Below, piece by piece: positions 18,124 through 26,759 of a stretch of 64,000 nucleotides of DNA. The DNA comes from Mycobacteriales bacterium (GTDB lineage Bacteria; Actinomycetota; Actinomycetes; JAFAQI01). The DNA lies in assembly GCA_035548125.1 (NCBI GenBank), contig DASZTV010000024.1, positions 3,231 to 67,230 on the forward strand, in the 5' to 3' direction. The notes under the pieces are model-generated. The model saw only the letters and a list, made by a program, of their open reading frames with translations, searched no databases and was not told the DNA's origin. The position numbers and the translations under genes were made by a program. Numbering within the stretch: position 1 is the first letter of the stretch; each line of letters begins with the position of its first letter.

Positions 18124-19150
18124 CTCCGAGACCGACCATTCCCGCCACCGCGCGGCCGACCCCTTCGATCCGGTCCGGATCGATGATCCGGGACAGTCCG
18201 GCGCCCTTCACGAAGTCGTCGAAGGCGCCGACGGTGTCGAACCGCGGCACGTATCCGAAGTCGTCCCGGAGCCGGGTGGTGTCGACGCCGCGGCCGAACT
18301 GCAGGAAGCGCAGCTGCTCCGGGGAGAAGTCGACCAAACCGGTACGCCGGAACAGCGAGCCCACCATCGAGACCGCCGGCGACGGGAAGGTGAGGGAGGT
18401 CCGCCCAGCCCGCCGGATCGCCTGCGAGAGCAGCAGGACGCCCGAACCGGCGACGTTGAAGGTGCCGCGATGGTCCTCGATGACGGCCCGATGCAGCACC
18501 TCGAGCCCGTCTTCGACGTGAAGGAACTGCACGCGAGGGTCGAAGCCGAGGACGGTCGGCACGACGGGAAGGGCGAAGTAGCGCGTCAGCGGGGTGTCGA
18601 TCGTCGGGCCGATGAAGTTGGCGAACCGCAGCAACGTGACGTCCACGTCCGGGCGGCGCCGGCCGAGCCCGCGCACGTAACCCTCGACCTCGACGGAGTC
18701 CTTCGCGTAGCCGGAGCGCGGCAACCCGCGCGGCTCCATGTTCTCGGTGAACAGTGCCGGGTCGCGCGAGGACGAGCCGTAGACCGCAGTGGTCGACTTG
18801 ACGACCAGCTTCCGGACCGTGGGCGCCTTCTGGCACGCCGCGAGCAGCTGCATCGTGCCGATGACGTTGATCTCTTTCATGGCGGTCCGGCCGCCGGCGC
18901 CGAACGGAGTCGCGATGACGCTCATGTGAACGACGGTGTCGACCTGCGCCGAGGCGATGACCTTCGCGATGATCGGGTTCCGGATGTCGGCGCGGACGAA
19001 CTCGGTACGTCCGACGTCCGAACGCGGCGGGACCACATCGACGCCGATCAGCCGCTCAATCGTCGGGTCGGCGGAGAGCTCAGCAGCCAGCAACCCCCCG
19101 AGGTACCGGGAGACGCCGGTGACGAGGACGACTCGGCCGCTCACCCGCAC
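18107..19150 (-). CDS. NAD-dependent epimerase/dehydratase family protein
   Basis: N-terminal Rossmann motif VLVTGVSRYLGGLLAAEL. SDR-extended architecture. Synteny with the mycobacterial galE2-like gene next to the acyltransferase. Confidence 0.85.
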   Translation of the reverse strand: MRVSGRVVLVTGVSRYLGGLLAAELSADPTIERLIGVDVVPPRSDVGRTEFVRADIRNPIIAKVIASAQVDTVVHMSVIATPFGAGGRTAMKEINVIGTMQLLAACQKAPTVRKLVVKSTTAVYGSSSRDPALFTENMEPRGLPRSGYAKDSVEVEGYVRGLGRRRPDVDVTLLRFANFIGPTIDTPLTRYFALPVVPTVLGFDPRVQFLHVEDGLEVLHRAVIEDHRGTFNVAGSGVLLLSQAIRRAGRTSLTFPSPAVSMVGSLFRRTGLVDFSPEQLRFLQFGRGVDTTRLRDDFGYVPRFDTVGAFDDFVKGAGLSRIIDPDRIEGVGRAVAGMVGLGGVARA

Positions 19151-19169
19151 CAGGCTACGGGTCGGATGA

Positions 19170-20024
19170 TCAGCGTGGCGCCTGCGGGAGCCGGGCGATC
19201 ACGATCGGCTCGCCCCGGGCGACGCGGAGCTCGTCGCTCGCGTGCCCGGCGTTGACGGCCAGCATCACCGCGCGAAACGAGTCCTCGCACAGCGTGATCC
19301 GGCCCCGCGCCACGTCGCCGTACGTCGGGTTGAACGGCATCGCGAGCGTGCGGCCGTTGCAGCGCACCTCGACGAGGTCCCCGAAGCCCATCCCCGCGGC
19401 TTCGAGGTCGGCCCGGGTGACGTTGAGCGAGACGTTGCCGAAGTGGTCCACGAGGCTGACCTCGGCGTGAACGTGGTCGTCGTCGACCTCGACCTCCCGC
19501 GCCGGCAGCCGGGCGAGGGCATCCGCGTCGACGGGCGGTCCGACGTCCGCCACCGGCGTGCCGCAGGCGAGGTGAGCAGCGACCGGGGCGAACACGTCCC
19601 TGCCGCGGAAGGTCTTGTGCACCGTCTCGCGCCACAGCGCGGGGTTGACCAGCTCGTAGGCCTGCTTGATCCCGCCTCGCTCATCCCACGCCAGCGAGAG
19701 CAGCCCGTTGTCCGGGCCGACCAGCAGCGAGCCGTCAACCGTCTCGACCACGACCCCGCGTGACGACCCGCCGTGCATCGGGTCCACGAGGGCGAGGTGC
19801 ACCCCGACCGGGAGGTAGGGGATCGCCGAGGCGAGGCTGGTTGCCCCCTGCTGTACGTCCTGCGCCATCACCTGGTGGGTGACGTCGATGATCTGCACGT
19901 GGGGCGCGAGCTGCGCGATGACGCCCTTGCAGACGCCGACGAAGACGTCGTCGAGACCGTAGTCCGACGTGAACGTCAGCCAGTCGTAGCGGCGCGATGT
20001 CGACCCGTTCTGCTTGGACGGCAT
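19170..20024 (-). CDS. SAM hydroxide adenosyltransferase / SAM-dependent halogenase family protein (DUF62)
   Basis: LTFTSDYGLDDVFVGVCKGV N-terminus, VDPMHGG and FRGRDVFAPVAAHL motifs characteristic of the 5'-halo/hydroxy-adenosine synthase fold. Confidence 0.8.
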   Translation of the reverse strand: MPSKQNGSTSRRYDWLTFTSDYGLDDVFVGVCKGVIAQLAPHVQIIDVTHQVMAQDVQQGATSLASAIPYLPVGVHLALVDPMHGGSSRGVVVETVDGSLLVGPDNGLLSLAWDERGGIKQAYELVNPALWRETVHKTFRGRDVFAPVAAHLACGTPVADVGPPVDADALARLPAREVEVDDDHVHAEVSLVDHFGNVSLNVTRADLEAAGMGFGDLVEVRCNGRTLAMPFNPTYGDVARGRITLCEDSFRAVMLAVNAGHASDELRVARGEPIVIARLPQAPR

Positions 20025-20047
20025 CCCAGCGCGCTACGCCTTCGTCG

Positions 20048-20146
20048 CTACTTCTTGTTACGGCGCTGGACGCGGGTCTTCTTCAGCAGCTTGCGGTGCT
20101 TCTTCTTCGCCATCCGCTTGCGACGCTTCTTGATGACCGAACCCAC
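20048..20146 (-). CDS. 30S ribosomal protein bS22 (actinobacterial 32-aa basic mini-protein)
   Basis: Below the track cutoff. Hand translation from GTG 20146: [32 protein letters not shown]. It lies next to the Rv0500A-like HTH gene, as in mycobacteria and Streptomyces. Confidence 0.9.
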   Translation of the reverse strand: MGSVIKKRRKRMAKKKHRKLLKKTRVQRRNKK

Positions 20147-20216
20147 GACGAGCCTTTCTTACCGACGATTCACGGAACCGGCGGTGAGTCTCTACGCGTC
20201 CGGTCGAGAGTTGAGG

Positions 20217-20420
20217 CTACCCGGCCTCGACGAACGAGTGCTGAAGGTAGTCGTGGACTGCCTGCTCGGGGACCCGGACCGAACGGCCGACCCGCACGGC
20301 GGGCAGCGTCCCGGCGTTGACCAACCGGTAGACCGTCATCTTCGAGACGCGCATCACTGAGGCGACCTCGGCGACCGTCAGAAAGCGCAGTTCACCGAGC
20401 CGCTCGGCGTCCGTGGTCAT
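20217..20420 (-). CDS. excisionase-family helix-turn-helix DNA-binding protein (Rv0500A-like)
   Basis: MTTDAERLGELRFLTVAEVASVMRVSKMTVYRLVNAGTLPAVRVGRSVRV... The ATG at 20420 is preceded by GGGAGGG. The track ORF extends to 20471. Confidence 0.88.
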   Translation of the reverse strand: MTTDAERLGELRFLTVAEVASVMRVSKMTVYRLVNAGTLPAVRVGRSVRVPEQAVHDYLQHSFVEAG

Positions 20421-20603
20421 GCGATACCGCCCTCCCACGCGGACGGCGCGCCGGCTTCCCCTCCGGCGCACGCCACCGACTGCGTGCTCATCGCAGACTG
20501 TATCGGCTGAGACGACACCGCGTCACTGTGGCTGGTGGGACGTTCACCCAAACGAGTGACACCGCTTGACTCGAACGGGCGGCCGCCGAAGCCGCCGTGC
20601 GCC

Positions 20604-21683
20604 CTACGGACGGCGGATCGTGCCATGGGCCGACAGCCGCGCTGCGTGCTTGCCGAAGTCCTGCTGGGAGAGGGTGCGGACCAGCCCGACCGAGCCGCCG
20701 CCGAGCGACGGCCGGCCATCGCCGTCGAGCAGCACGCCGTACAGCCGGCCCGTGACGAAGCCGCCCTTCGGGCCGAGCGTCACGTGCAGGATCGCGGAGT
20801 CGGCGAGGATGCCACCGCCGCCGAAGTTGTGGAAGTTGGCGAAGTTCCCGAGGCTGTAGGCGATCAGGTGGCCACGGAAGAACTCCATGCCGCGGAGCAC
20901 GTGCGGACCACTCGCGATGACCAGGCTGGCGCCGTTCTTGATCGCCAGGTGCGCGAAGTGCCGCGGGTTGCCCCGGTCCTCGCCGAAGGCGTACTCCTCA
21001 TGACCCGTGACATGGGTCTTGTCCGAGCCCTCGGCGCCGGCGTGCAGGTAGACGACGACCACCCGCGCCTCGGTACGCGCCTTCGCGATCAGCGCGGCCG
21101 CCGACTTCAGGTCGAGCAGGCTGGCGTCATAGCTGTACGGCGCGAAGCCCACGAACGCGACCTTGTGACCGCCGGCCCGCACGACGGCGATCTGGCCGGG
21201 CAGGCCGGTCTGCGCCATGCCGGCGCGATGGATCGCTCGAACCGTCTGCTGCTGACCGGGATTGCCGAAGTCGTGGGAGTGGTTGTTGGCGTCGTTGAGG
21301 ATCGTGAAGCCTGCCGCCGCGAAGATCTTGGCGTAGTGCGGCGGGTTGCGGAACGCGAAGCACTGGGTGCTCTTCGGCGGGCACTTGCTCTTCGAGGCGG
21401 TGGTGAGAGTTCCCTCGAGATTGCCGAACACGATCTGGGCGCCCGCCGTGATCACGTCGTCCACGCGGTCCAGGTAGTGACGGGGACTCGGTGGCAGCCT
21501 CGGCGTGTTGCCAAAGATCATGTCGCCGACCGCCGCCAGCGTGATGTCGCCGGAAGGAGCGGTGGACGGCGTCGTCGCCGAGCTGCGGGGGGTCGGCGAC
21601 GCGCCGCCGTTCTGAGCGGCGCAGCCGAGCGCAGCGGTGACGACTGCGGCGACCGCCGCAGCACGTCCCAGTCGGTTCATCAC
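20604..21683 (-). CDS. CapA-family metallophosphoesterase lipoprotein
   Basis: Signal peptide plus lipobox (AALGC). Metallophosphatase motifs VGDMIFG, GNLEG, NNHSHD. Start overlaps the stop of the upstream deacetylase gene. Confidence 0.85.
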   Translation of the reverse strand: MMNRLGRAAAVAAVVTAALGCAAQNGGASPTPRSSATTPSTAPSGDITLAAVGDMIFGNTPRLPPSPRHYLDRVDDVITAGAQIVFGNLEGTLTTASKSKCPPKSTQCFAFRNPPHYAKIFAAAGFTILNDANNHSHDFGNPGQQQTVRAIHRAGMAQTGLPGQIAVVRAGGHKVAFVGFAPYSYDASLLDLKSAAALIAKARTEARVVVVYLHAGAEGSDKTHVTGHEEYAFGEDRGNPRHFAHLAIKNGASLVIASGPHVLRGMEFFRGHLIAYSLGNFANFHNFGGGGILADSAILHVTLGPKGGFVTGRLYGVLLDGDGRPSLGGGSVGLVRTLSQQDFGKHAARLSAHGTIRRP

Positions 21684-22747
21684 GCAGTTGCTCCCAGGTC
21701 GGACATCGACGTCGGTGCTGCTCTACCCGTACGACGGGCAACGAACTCCCGCCACTCCGTCGGCGTCTCCGCGGTCGTGGGGACCGGATGACCTGTCGCC
21801 ACGGCGATCAGGTGCGTCCAGCTTCGCGGAACCACGTGCACCAGCTCGTATCCCCCGCCGCCGGTCGCGAGCCAACGACCCTCGCAGACCTCATGGGCGA
21901 GCTCGTGCAGCTTGGCGTGTGCCGACCGCTGCCCGTCGACGGTCAGCTCGAGATGGGCGAGCGGGTCGAGCGAATGGGTGTCGCAGCCGTGCTGCGTGAC
22001 GAGGAACTCCGGCGCGAACCGCCGCAACGCGTCCGGCACCACGGCGTCGAAGCTGCGATGCCAGGTGTCATCCGCCGCACCCGGCGGGAACGGAACGTTC
22101 ACCGCGCTGCCGCGCGCGTGGGGACCGCCGATCTCGTCCTCGAAGCCGGTGCCCGGAAACAACGTGCGCCCCGACTCGTGCAGGCTGACGGTGAGCACCC
22201 GGGGGTCGTCCCAGAAGATGGCCTGCACGCCGTCGCCGTGATGGACGTCGATGTCGACGTAGGCCACGCGTTCGTAGCCCTGCGCCAACAGCCACGCGAT
22301 CGCGACCGCGGGGTCGTTGTAGATGCAGAACCCGGAGGCGCGTCCCGCCATGGCGTGGTGCAGCCCGCCGGAGATGCTCAATCCGTGGGCCGCCCTGCCG
22401 GACGTCACCGCGCGGGCCGCTTCGACGGTCGCGCCGGCGACCAGCGCACTGGCCTCGTGCATACCGGGAAAGACCGGGTCGTCCGTCGTACCGAGACCGT
22501 GCGACGGATCGGGTGCCAGCGTCTCGCCGGCCGACCGGACCGCGTCGAGGTAACCCGCTGAGTGCACCAGGCCGAGCAGCTCGTCAGTTGCGGCCTCGAA
22601 GTCGATGACGTCGACCCGGTCGAGCACCCCGAGCGCCGCGGCGAGCTCCATCGTCAGCTCGACCCGCACCGGGTTGAGCGGGTGCGACGAACCGAAGTCG
22701 TAGTCGAGCAGCCGCCGATCCCACGCCGCCGCGACAGTGCAGGTCAC
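21680..22747 (-). CDS. histone deacetylase / acetoin utilization (AcuC)-family deacetylase
   Basis: Motifs GGLHHAMAGRASGFCIYND, DIDVHHGDG and GGGGY. Start overlaps the proC stop. Confidence 0.88.
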   Translation of the reverse strand: MTCTVAAAWDRRLLDYDFGSSHPLNPVRVELTMELAAALGVLDRVDVIDFEAATDELLGLVHSAGYLDAVRSAGETLAPDPSHGLGTTDDPVFPGMHEASALVAGATVEAARAVTSGRAAHGLSISGGLHHAMAGRASGFCIYNDPAVAIAWLLAQGYERVAYVDIDVHHGDGVQAIFWDDPRVLTVSLHESGRTLFPGTGFEDEIGGPHARGSAVNVPFPPGAADDTWHRSFDAVVPDALRRFAPEFLVTQHGCDTHSLDPLAHLELTVDGQRSAHAKLHELAHEVCEGRWLATGGGGYELVHVVPRSWTHLIAVATGHPVPTTAETPTEWREFVARRTGRAAPTSMSDLGATA

Positions 22748-23553
22748 GACTGGCCGGCAGCCAATTCCTTGGATCGGTCACGCGCGGCTTCGAGGGCCGC
22801 GAGCAGCGCGGCGCGCACGCCGTGGTCCTCGAGGGTCCGGATCGCAGCGATCGTTGTGCCACCAGGGCTGGTAACCGCCTCGCGCAACTGCACCGGATGC
22901 TCGCCGGAGTCACGCAGCATGACGGCCGAGCCGATCGCGGTCTGGATGATCAGGTCCTGCGCCACGGCGCGCGGCAACCCCAGCAGGATCCCGGCCTCGA
23001 TCATCGCCTCGACGAGATAGAAGAAGTACGCGGGGCCGCTGCCCGACAACGCAGTGACCGCGTCAAGCTGGCTCTCGGGGACTCGCACCACCTTGCCGAC
23101 CGGGCTCAGCATCGCCTCCGCGCGGGCGAGGTGATCTCCGCCGGCGTGCGCACCGGCAGAGATCGCGCTCATCGCCTCGTCGACCAGAGCAGGGGTGTTG
23201 CTCATGACACGGACGACAGGGGTGCCTTCGGGCAGCCGTGCCTCGAACCGTGCGGTGGGGATACCGGCAGCGATGCTGACAATGAGAGTGTCCGGGGTCA
23301 CCGAGCCGGAGAGCTCGTCGAGCAGGACATCGATCTCCTGCGGCTTCACCGCGACCACGAGCGTGTCTGCGCGCTTCGCGGCCTCGGCTGCACTCACCGC
23401 CTCGACGCCGTACTCGGCGGTCAGCGCCGCAGCGCGATCGTCGTGCTTCTCGGTGAACAGCAGCTCGGCTGCGGGTCGTCCCGAGCGCAGCAGGCCGGAC
23501 ATGAGCGCCTCGCCCATCTTCCCGGCGCCGAGGATCGCAACCGTCTCACCCAT
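22744..23553 (-). CDS. proC: pyrroline-5-carboxylate reductase
   Basis: 269-aa ORF with N-terminal ILGAGKMGEAL Rossmann motif and C-terminal VTSPGGTTIAA motif. Confidence 0.93.
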   Translation of the reverse strand: MGETVAILGAGKMGEALMSGLLRSGRPAAELLFTEKHDDRAAALTAEYGVEAVSAAEAAKRADTLVVAVKPQEIDVLLDELSGSVTPDTLIVSIAAGIPTARFEARLPEGTPVVRVMSNTPALVDEAMSAISAGAHAGGDHLARAEAMLSPVGKVVRVPESQLDAVTALSGSGPAYFFYLVEAMIEAGILLGLPRAVAQDLIIQTAIGSAVMLRDSGEHPVQLREAVTSPGGTTIAAIRTLEDHGVRAALLAALEAARDRSKELAAGQS

Positions 23554-23667
23554 GCGCGCAATGTTCCCACGCTCGGCCAGCTCAGGTCGCCGGCAAATCG
23601 TCCGCTCCGCGCCTCTCGGTCGCCCGTGGGCTGCCTCTTTACCTCGCTCCGCGAACGATCCGCCGAC

Positions 23668-24600
23668 TCAACCGCGCGATGCGAGAGAGCGCAGAAAGAA
23701 GCGCACGTTGGCGGGCCGCTCGGCGAGGCGCCGCATGAGGTAGCCGTACCAGTCGCTTCCATACGGCACATAGACGCGGACGGTGGCGCTTTGGTTCGCC
23801 AGCCGAAGCTGTTCCTCCGGCCGGACTCCGTACAGCATCTGGAACTCGAAGCTGTCCGCCGTCCGGCCGGTTTCGGTGACGAGCCGTTCGGCGTCGCTGA
23901 TCAGCGCCGGGTCGTGGGTCGCCACCATCGGGTAGCCCGCTCCGTGCATCAGGATCTCGAGGCACCGGCGGTAGGAGTCGTCAACCTCAGCGCGTTCGAT
24001 GAAGGCGACCGATGGCGGCTCGTCGTACGCGCCTTTGCACAGCCGCACCCGCGAGCCGGCGGTCGCGAGGTCACGGCAGTCGGCCTCGGTGCGTCTCAGG
24101 TAGGACTGCACGACGGCGCCGACCCACGGGAAGTCCTCACGGAGCTCGCCCAACGTCTCCAGCGTCGAGTCGGTCGTCGTGTGGTCCTCCATGTCCAGCG
24201 TCACCGTCGTGCCGGCGAGGGCAGCCGAGGCGCAGATCTGGCGCGCGTGATCCGTCGCGAGCGCCTGGTCGAGCGCCTGGCCGACTGCGGACAGCTTCAG
24301 CGACACCTCGACGTGGTCGGCTAGGCCGGCCTCCGCGATCACCGCGAGCAGCGACAGGTACGCCGCAGCCGCAGCATCCGCGTGCTCCGGTTCCGTGGTG
24401 TCCTCCCCCAAGTGGTCGAGCGAAACCGACAGACCGGAGGCGACCAGCTCGCTGCTCACCCGCACCGCGTCTGCAATCGCGTCGCCGGCGACGAACCGCT
24501 TCACCACGCCGCGCGAGACCGGGGCGTGCTCGACCGCATAGCGGACGCTGCTGCGACGGGAAGCATGCAGCAGCGCCGCGCGCATCCCCGCCCCGAACAT
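23668..24600 (-). CDS. proline dehydrogenase
   Basis: VKRFVAGDAIADAV..., SLDHLGE, KLSAVGQ, YVPYG..WYGYLMRRLAERPANV motifs. Start placed at ATG 24600, a 1-nt overlap with the upstream stop. The track ORF extends to 24759 through an Arg-rich stretch. Confidence 0.85.
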   Translation of the reverse strand: MFGAGMRAALLHASRRSSVRYAVEHAPVSRGVVKRFVAGDAIADAVRVSSELVASGLSVSLDHLGEDTTEPEHADAAAAAYLSLLAVIAEAGLADHVEVSLKLSAVGQALDQALATDHARQICASAALAGTTVTLDMEDHTTTDSTLETLGELREDFPWVGAVVQSYLRRTEADCRDLATAGSRVRLCKGAYDEPPSVAFIERAEVDDSYRRCLEILMHGAGYPMVATHDPALISDAERLVTETGRTADSFEFQMLYGVRPEEQLRLANQSATVRVYVPYGSDWYGYLMRRLAERPANVRFFLRSLASRG

Positions 24601-25406
24601 CAGCCGACCGGCGCTGCGAGGTGGAGTCTGGTGAACGCCAAGGCCTCTGCGACGTCGGCCTCTCGCTCGGCCCGGTCGTCGGCTCGACGGGTGTTGATCT
24701 CCACCACGATCGTCCCGTCGAACCCGTTGTCGGCGAGCGTCTCGAGCAGGGCGGCGCACGGCTGCGTGCCGCGGCCCGGCACGAGGTGCTCGTCTCGAGC
24801 ACTGCCCTCGCCATCCGCGATGTGGATGTGGGTCAGCCGGTCGCCCATCCGACCGGCCATCGCGAGCGCATCGCTCTGCGACACCGCCGTGTGAGAGAGG
24901 TCCAGCGTGAAGTGCCGGAACTCCTCTTCGCTCGGGTCGTAGTCCGGTGAGTAGGGCACGACCGCACGACCCCGGGCGCGCAGCGGGAACATGTTCTCCA
25001 CCGCAAACCGCACGTCGGTCTCACTCGCCATCCGCTCGATGCCCTGGATGAAGTCCTTGGCGTACTCGCGCTGCCAGCGAAACGGTGGGTGCACGACGAC
25101 GGTCGGGGACTGCAGCGCCTCCGCCACCGCCTGGGCCTTCACGAGCTTCCCCCACGGCTCGGTGCCCCAGACCTGGCGCGTGATGAGCAGGCAAGGCGCG
25201 TGGATCGCGAGGATCGCGATGCCGTGATAGTCCGACAGCTTGCGAAGGGCGTCGACGTCCTGGCTGACGGGGTCCGGCGAGACCATCACCTCGACCCCGT
25301 CGTACCCGAGCCGCGCCGCCATCTCGAACGCGGCTGCCGTGGATTCGGGGTAGACCGACGCCGTCGACAGGGCGACCTTGGCGTCGGGCACCTTGACGAC
25401 CGTCAC
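24600..25406 (-). CDS. sugar phosphate isomerase/epimerase (xylose isomerase-like TIM barrel, Rv0498-like)
   Basis: 268-aa ORF with LGYDGVEV..., IHAPC, and ...HIADGEG motifs of the AP endonuclease 2/xylose isomerase-like fold. Confidence 0.85.
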   Translation of the reverse strand: MTVVKVPDAKVALSTASVYPESTAAAFEMAARLGYDGVEVMVSPDPVSQDVDALRKLSDYHGIAILAIHAPCLLITRQVWGTEPWGKLVKAQAVAEALQSPTVVVHPPFRWQREYAKDFIQGIERMASETDVRFAVENMFPLRARGRAVVPYSPDYDPSEEEFRHFTLDLSHTAVSQSDALAMAGRMGDRLTHIHIADGEGSARDEHLVPGRGTQPCAALLETLADNGFDGTIVVEINTRRADDRAEREADVAEALAFTRLHLAAPVG

Positions 25407-25458
25407 GACTCAAGAGCCTAGGCCCGGGGGCCTTCATGATCAGCGTTACGGTTGCGCC

Positions 25459-25797
25459 GTGAGCAACCGCCGGCATCGGCGCAAGCCGCTGGACGTCGAC
25501 CCTCCCGTCATCAAGCCGATGGGCTTCTGGACCCGGCTCTGGGACCGGTTCGCGCCGGTTCCGTCGATCGGTCCGGTCTGCGTCGCCGAAGTCGGCAACC
25601 GCGTCGAGGCCGACATGATGGCCAGCTACCTGAGCAGTCACGGCATCAACGCCCATGTATCGGCCGACGACGCAGGCGGCACCGATCCGATCTACCAGTT
25701 CGCGTTCGGGGTGCGGGTACTCGTGCCGTCGAGTCAGCAAGATGAGGCGCGCCGGCTGCTGGCGCAAGTCGATGAGCAAGCCCAGCGTGATGAATAG
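25459..25797 (+). CDS. DUF2007-like small protein (putative signal-transducing fold)
   Basis: The C-terminal about 70 aa (VCVAEVGNRVEADMMASYLSSHGINAHV...GVRVLVPSSQQDEARRLL) resemble DUF2007. Start uncertain: GTG 25459, ATG 25518 or track start 25378. Confidence 0.55.
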   Translation: MSNRRHRRKPLDVDPPVIKPMGFWTRLWDRFAPVPSIGPVCVAEVGNRVEADMMASYLSSHGINAHVSADDAGGTDPIYQFAFGVRVLVPSSQQDEARRLLAQVDEQAQRDE

Positions 25798-25844
25798 CCG
25801 GTGAACCGCGACGGCCTCGGGGAGGAGCCGCGTAGGGTTGGCCA

Positions 25845-26573
25845 GTGCCTGAGGTTGATCTGAACTTTCCGCGGCAATGGGTCGAGTTCGTCAATCCGGA
25901 GGACGACGAACAGATCTTCCGGTGCGACCTGACCTGGCTGCTTTCGCGGTGGACCTGCATCTACGGAAACGGGTGCAAGGGGATCCTCAAAGACCGCCCG
26001 GACGACGGCTGCTGCTCGCACGGCGCCCACTTCTCCGACCAGGACGACAAGAAGCGGGTCAAGAAGTTCGCCAAGGCCCTGACCGCCGAGGAATGGCAGT
26101 TCCGCGACGAGGGCCTGAAGAACGGCGTGACCGAACTCGACGACGGCGAGCCGAAGACCCGCCGCTATAAGGGCGCCTGCATCTTCCTCAACCGGCCGGG
26201 CTTCGAAGCAGGCCAAGGCTGCGCACTACATCTGCACGCGCTCAACAACGGGCTGCACCCGCTGGACACCAAGCCCGACGTCTGCTGGCAGCTTCCGGTG
26301 CGCCGCAGCTACGACAAGGTGACCCGGCCGGACGGCACCGAGGTGACGATGGTCAACATCGGCGAGTACGACCGCCGCGGCTGGGGCGAGGGTGGCCACG
26401 ACCTCGACTGGTACTGCAGCGGCGCCGAGGAGGCGCACGTCGCAAACGACCCGCTCTACATCACCTACGGGCCCGAGCTCATCGCGCTGATGGGGAAGCC
26501 CGGCTACGACCTCCTCGCCGAGCTCTGCGAGGCCACGCTGGCCGGGCGCTTCACCGCGCACCCGGCCGACTGA
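25845..26573 (+). CDS. conserved cysteine-rich protein of unknown function
   Basis: 242-aa ORF with good coding character. Cys/His clusters: [46 protein letters not shown]. Confidence 0.8.
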   Translation: MPEVDLNFPRQWVEFVNPEDDEQIFRCDLTWLLSRWTCIYGNGCKGILKDRPDDGCCSHGAHFSDQDDKKRVKKFAKALTAEEWQFRDEGLKNGVTELDDGEPKTRRYKGACIFLNRPGFEAGQGCALHLHALNNGLHPLDTKPDVCWQLPVRRSYDKVTRPDGTEVTMVNIGEYDRRGWGEGGHDLDWYCSGAEEAHVANDPLYITYGPELIALMGKPGYDLLAELCEATLAGRFTAHPAD

Positions 26574-26741
26574 CCGATGGCTGAGGCGGCTCCCGAGTCG
26601 CATCACCCGCCCTTCTCCTGGGCAAGCTCCTCACTCCGCAGCGCTTCCATCGCTTCGACGCCCACATCGCATCCGGGCGCGCCGCCGAGCGCGAACCACA
26701 CTCCTGGATGGACTGAGCGCGCTACCCCGCTAGCGCGTTGG

Positions 26742-26758
26742 TACGACGAATCGTCGTA
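26742..26758. promoter_or_regulatory. 17-bp palindrome abutting the radA start
   Basis: TACGACGA-A-TCGTCGTA has perfect 8-bp arms and ends 1 nt before GTG 26760. A second inverted repeat, CGCGCTA-N6-TAGCGCG, lies just upstream at about 26717..26736. Confidence 0.3.
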
Positions 26759-26759
26759 G

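Noticed and set aside
26577-26759. 60-aa ORF in the gap upstream of radA, and the opposite-strand 62-aa ORF 26603..26791
   Set aside because: By hand count, third-codon-position G/C content is clearly lower than in neighbouring genes. There is no ribosome-binding site and no recognisable motif. The region is better explained as a regulatory spacer containing palindromes.
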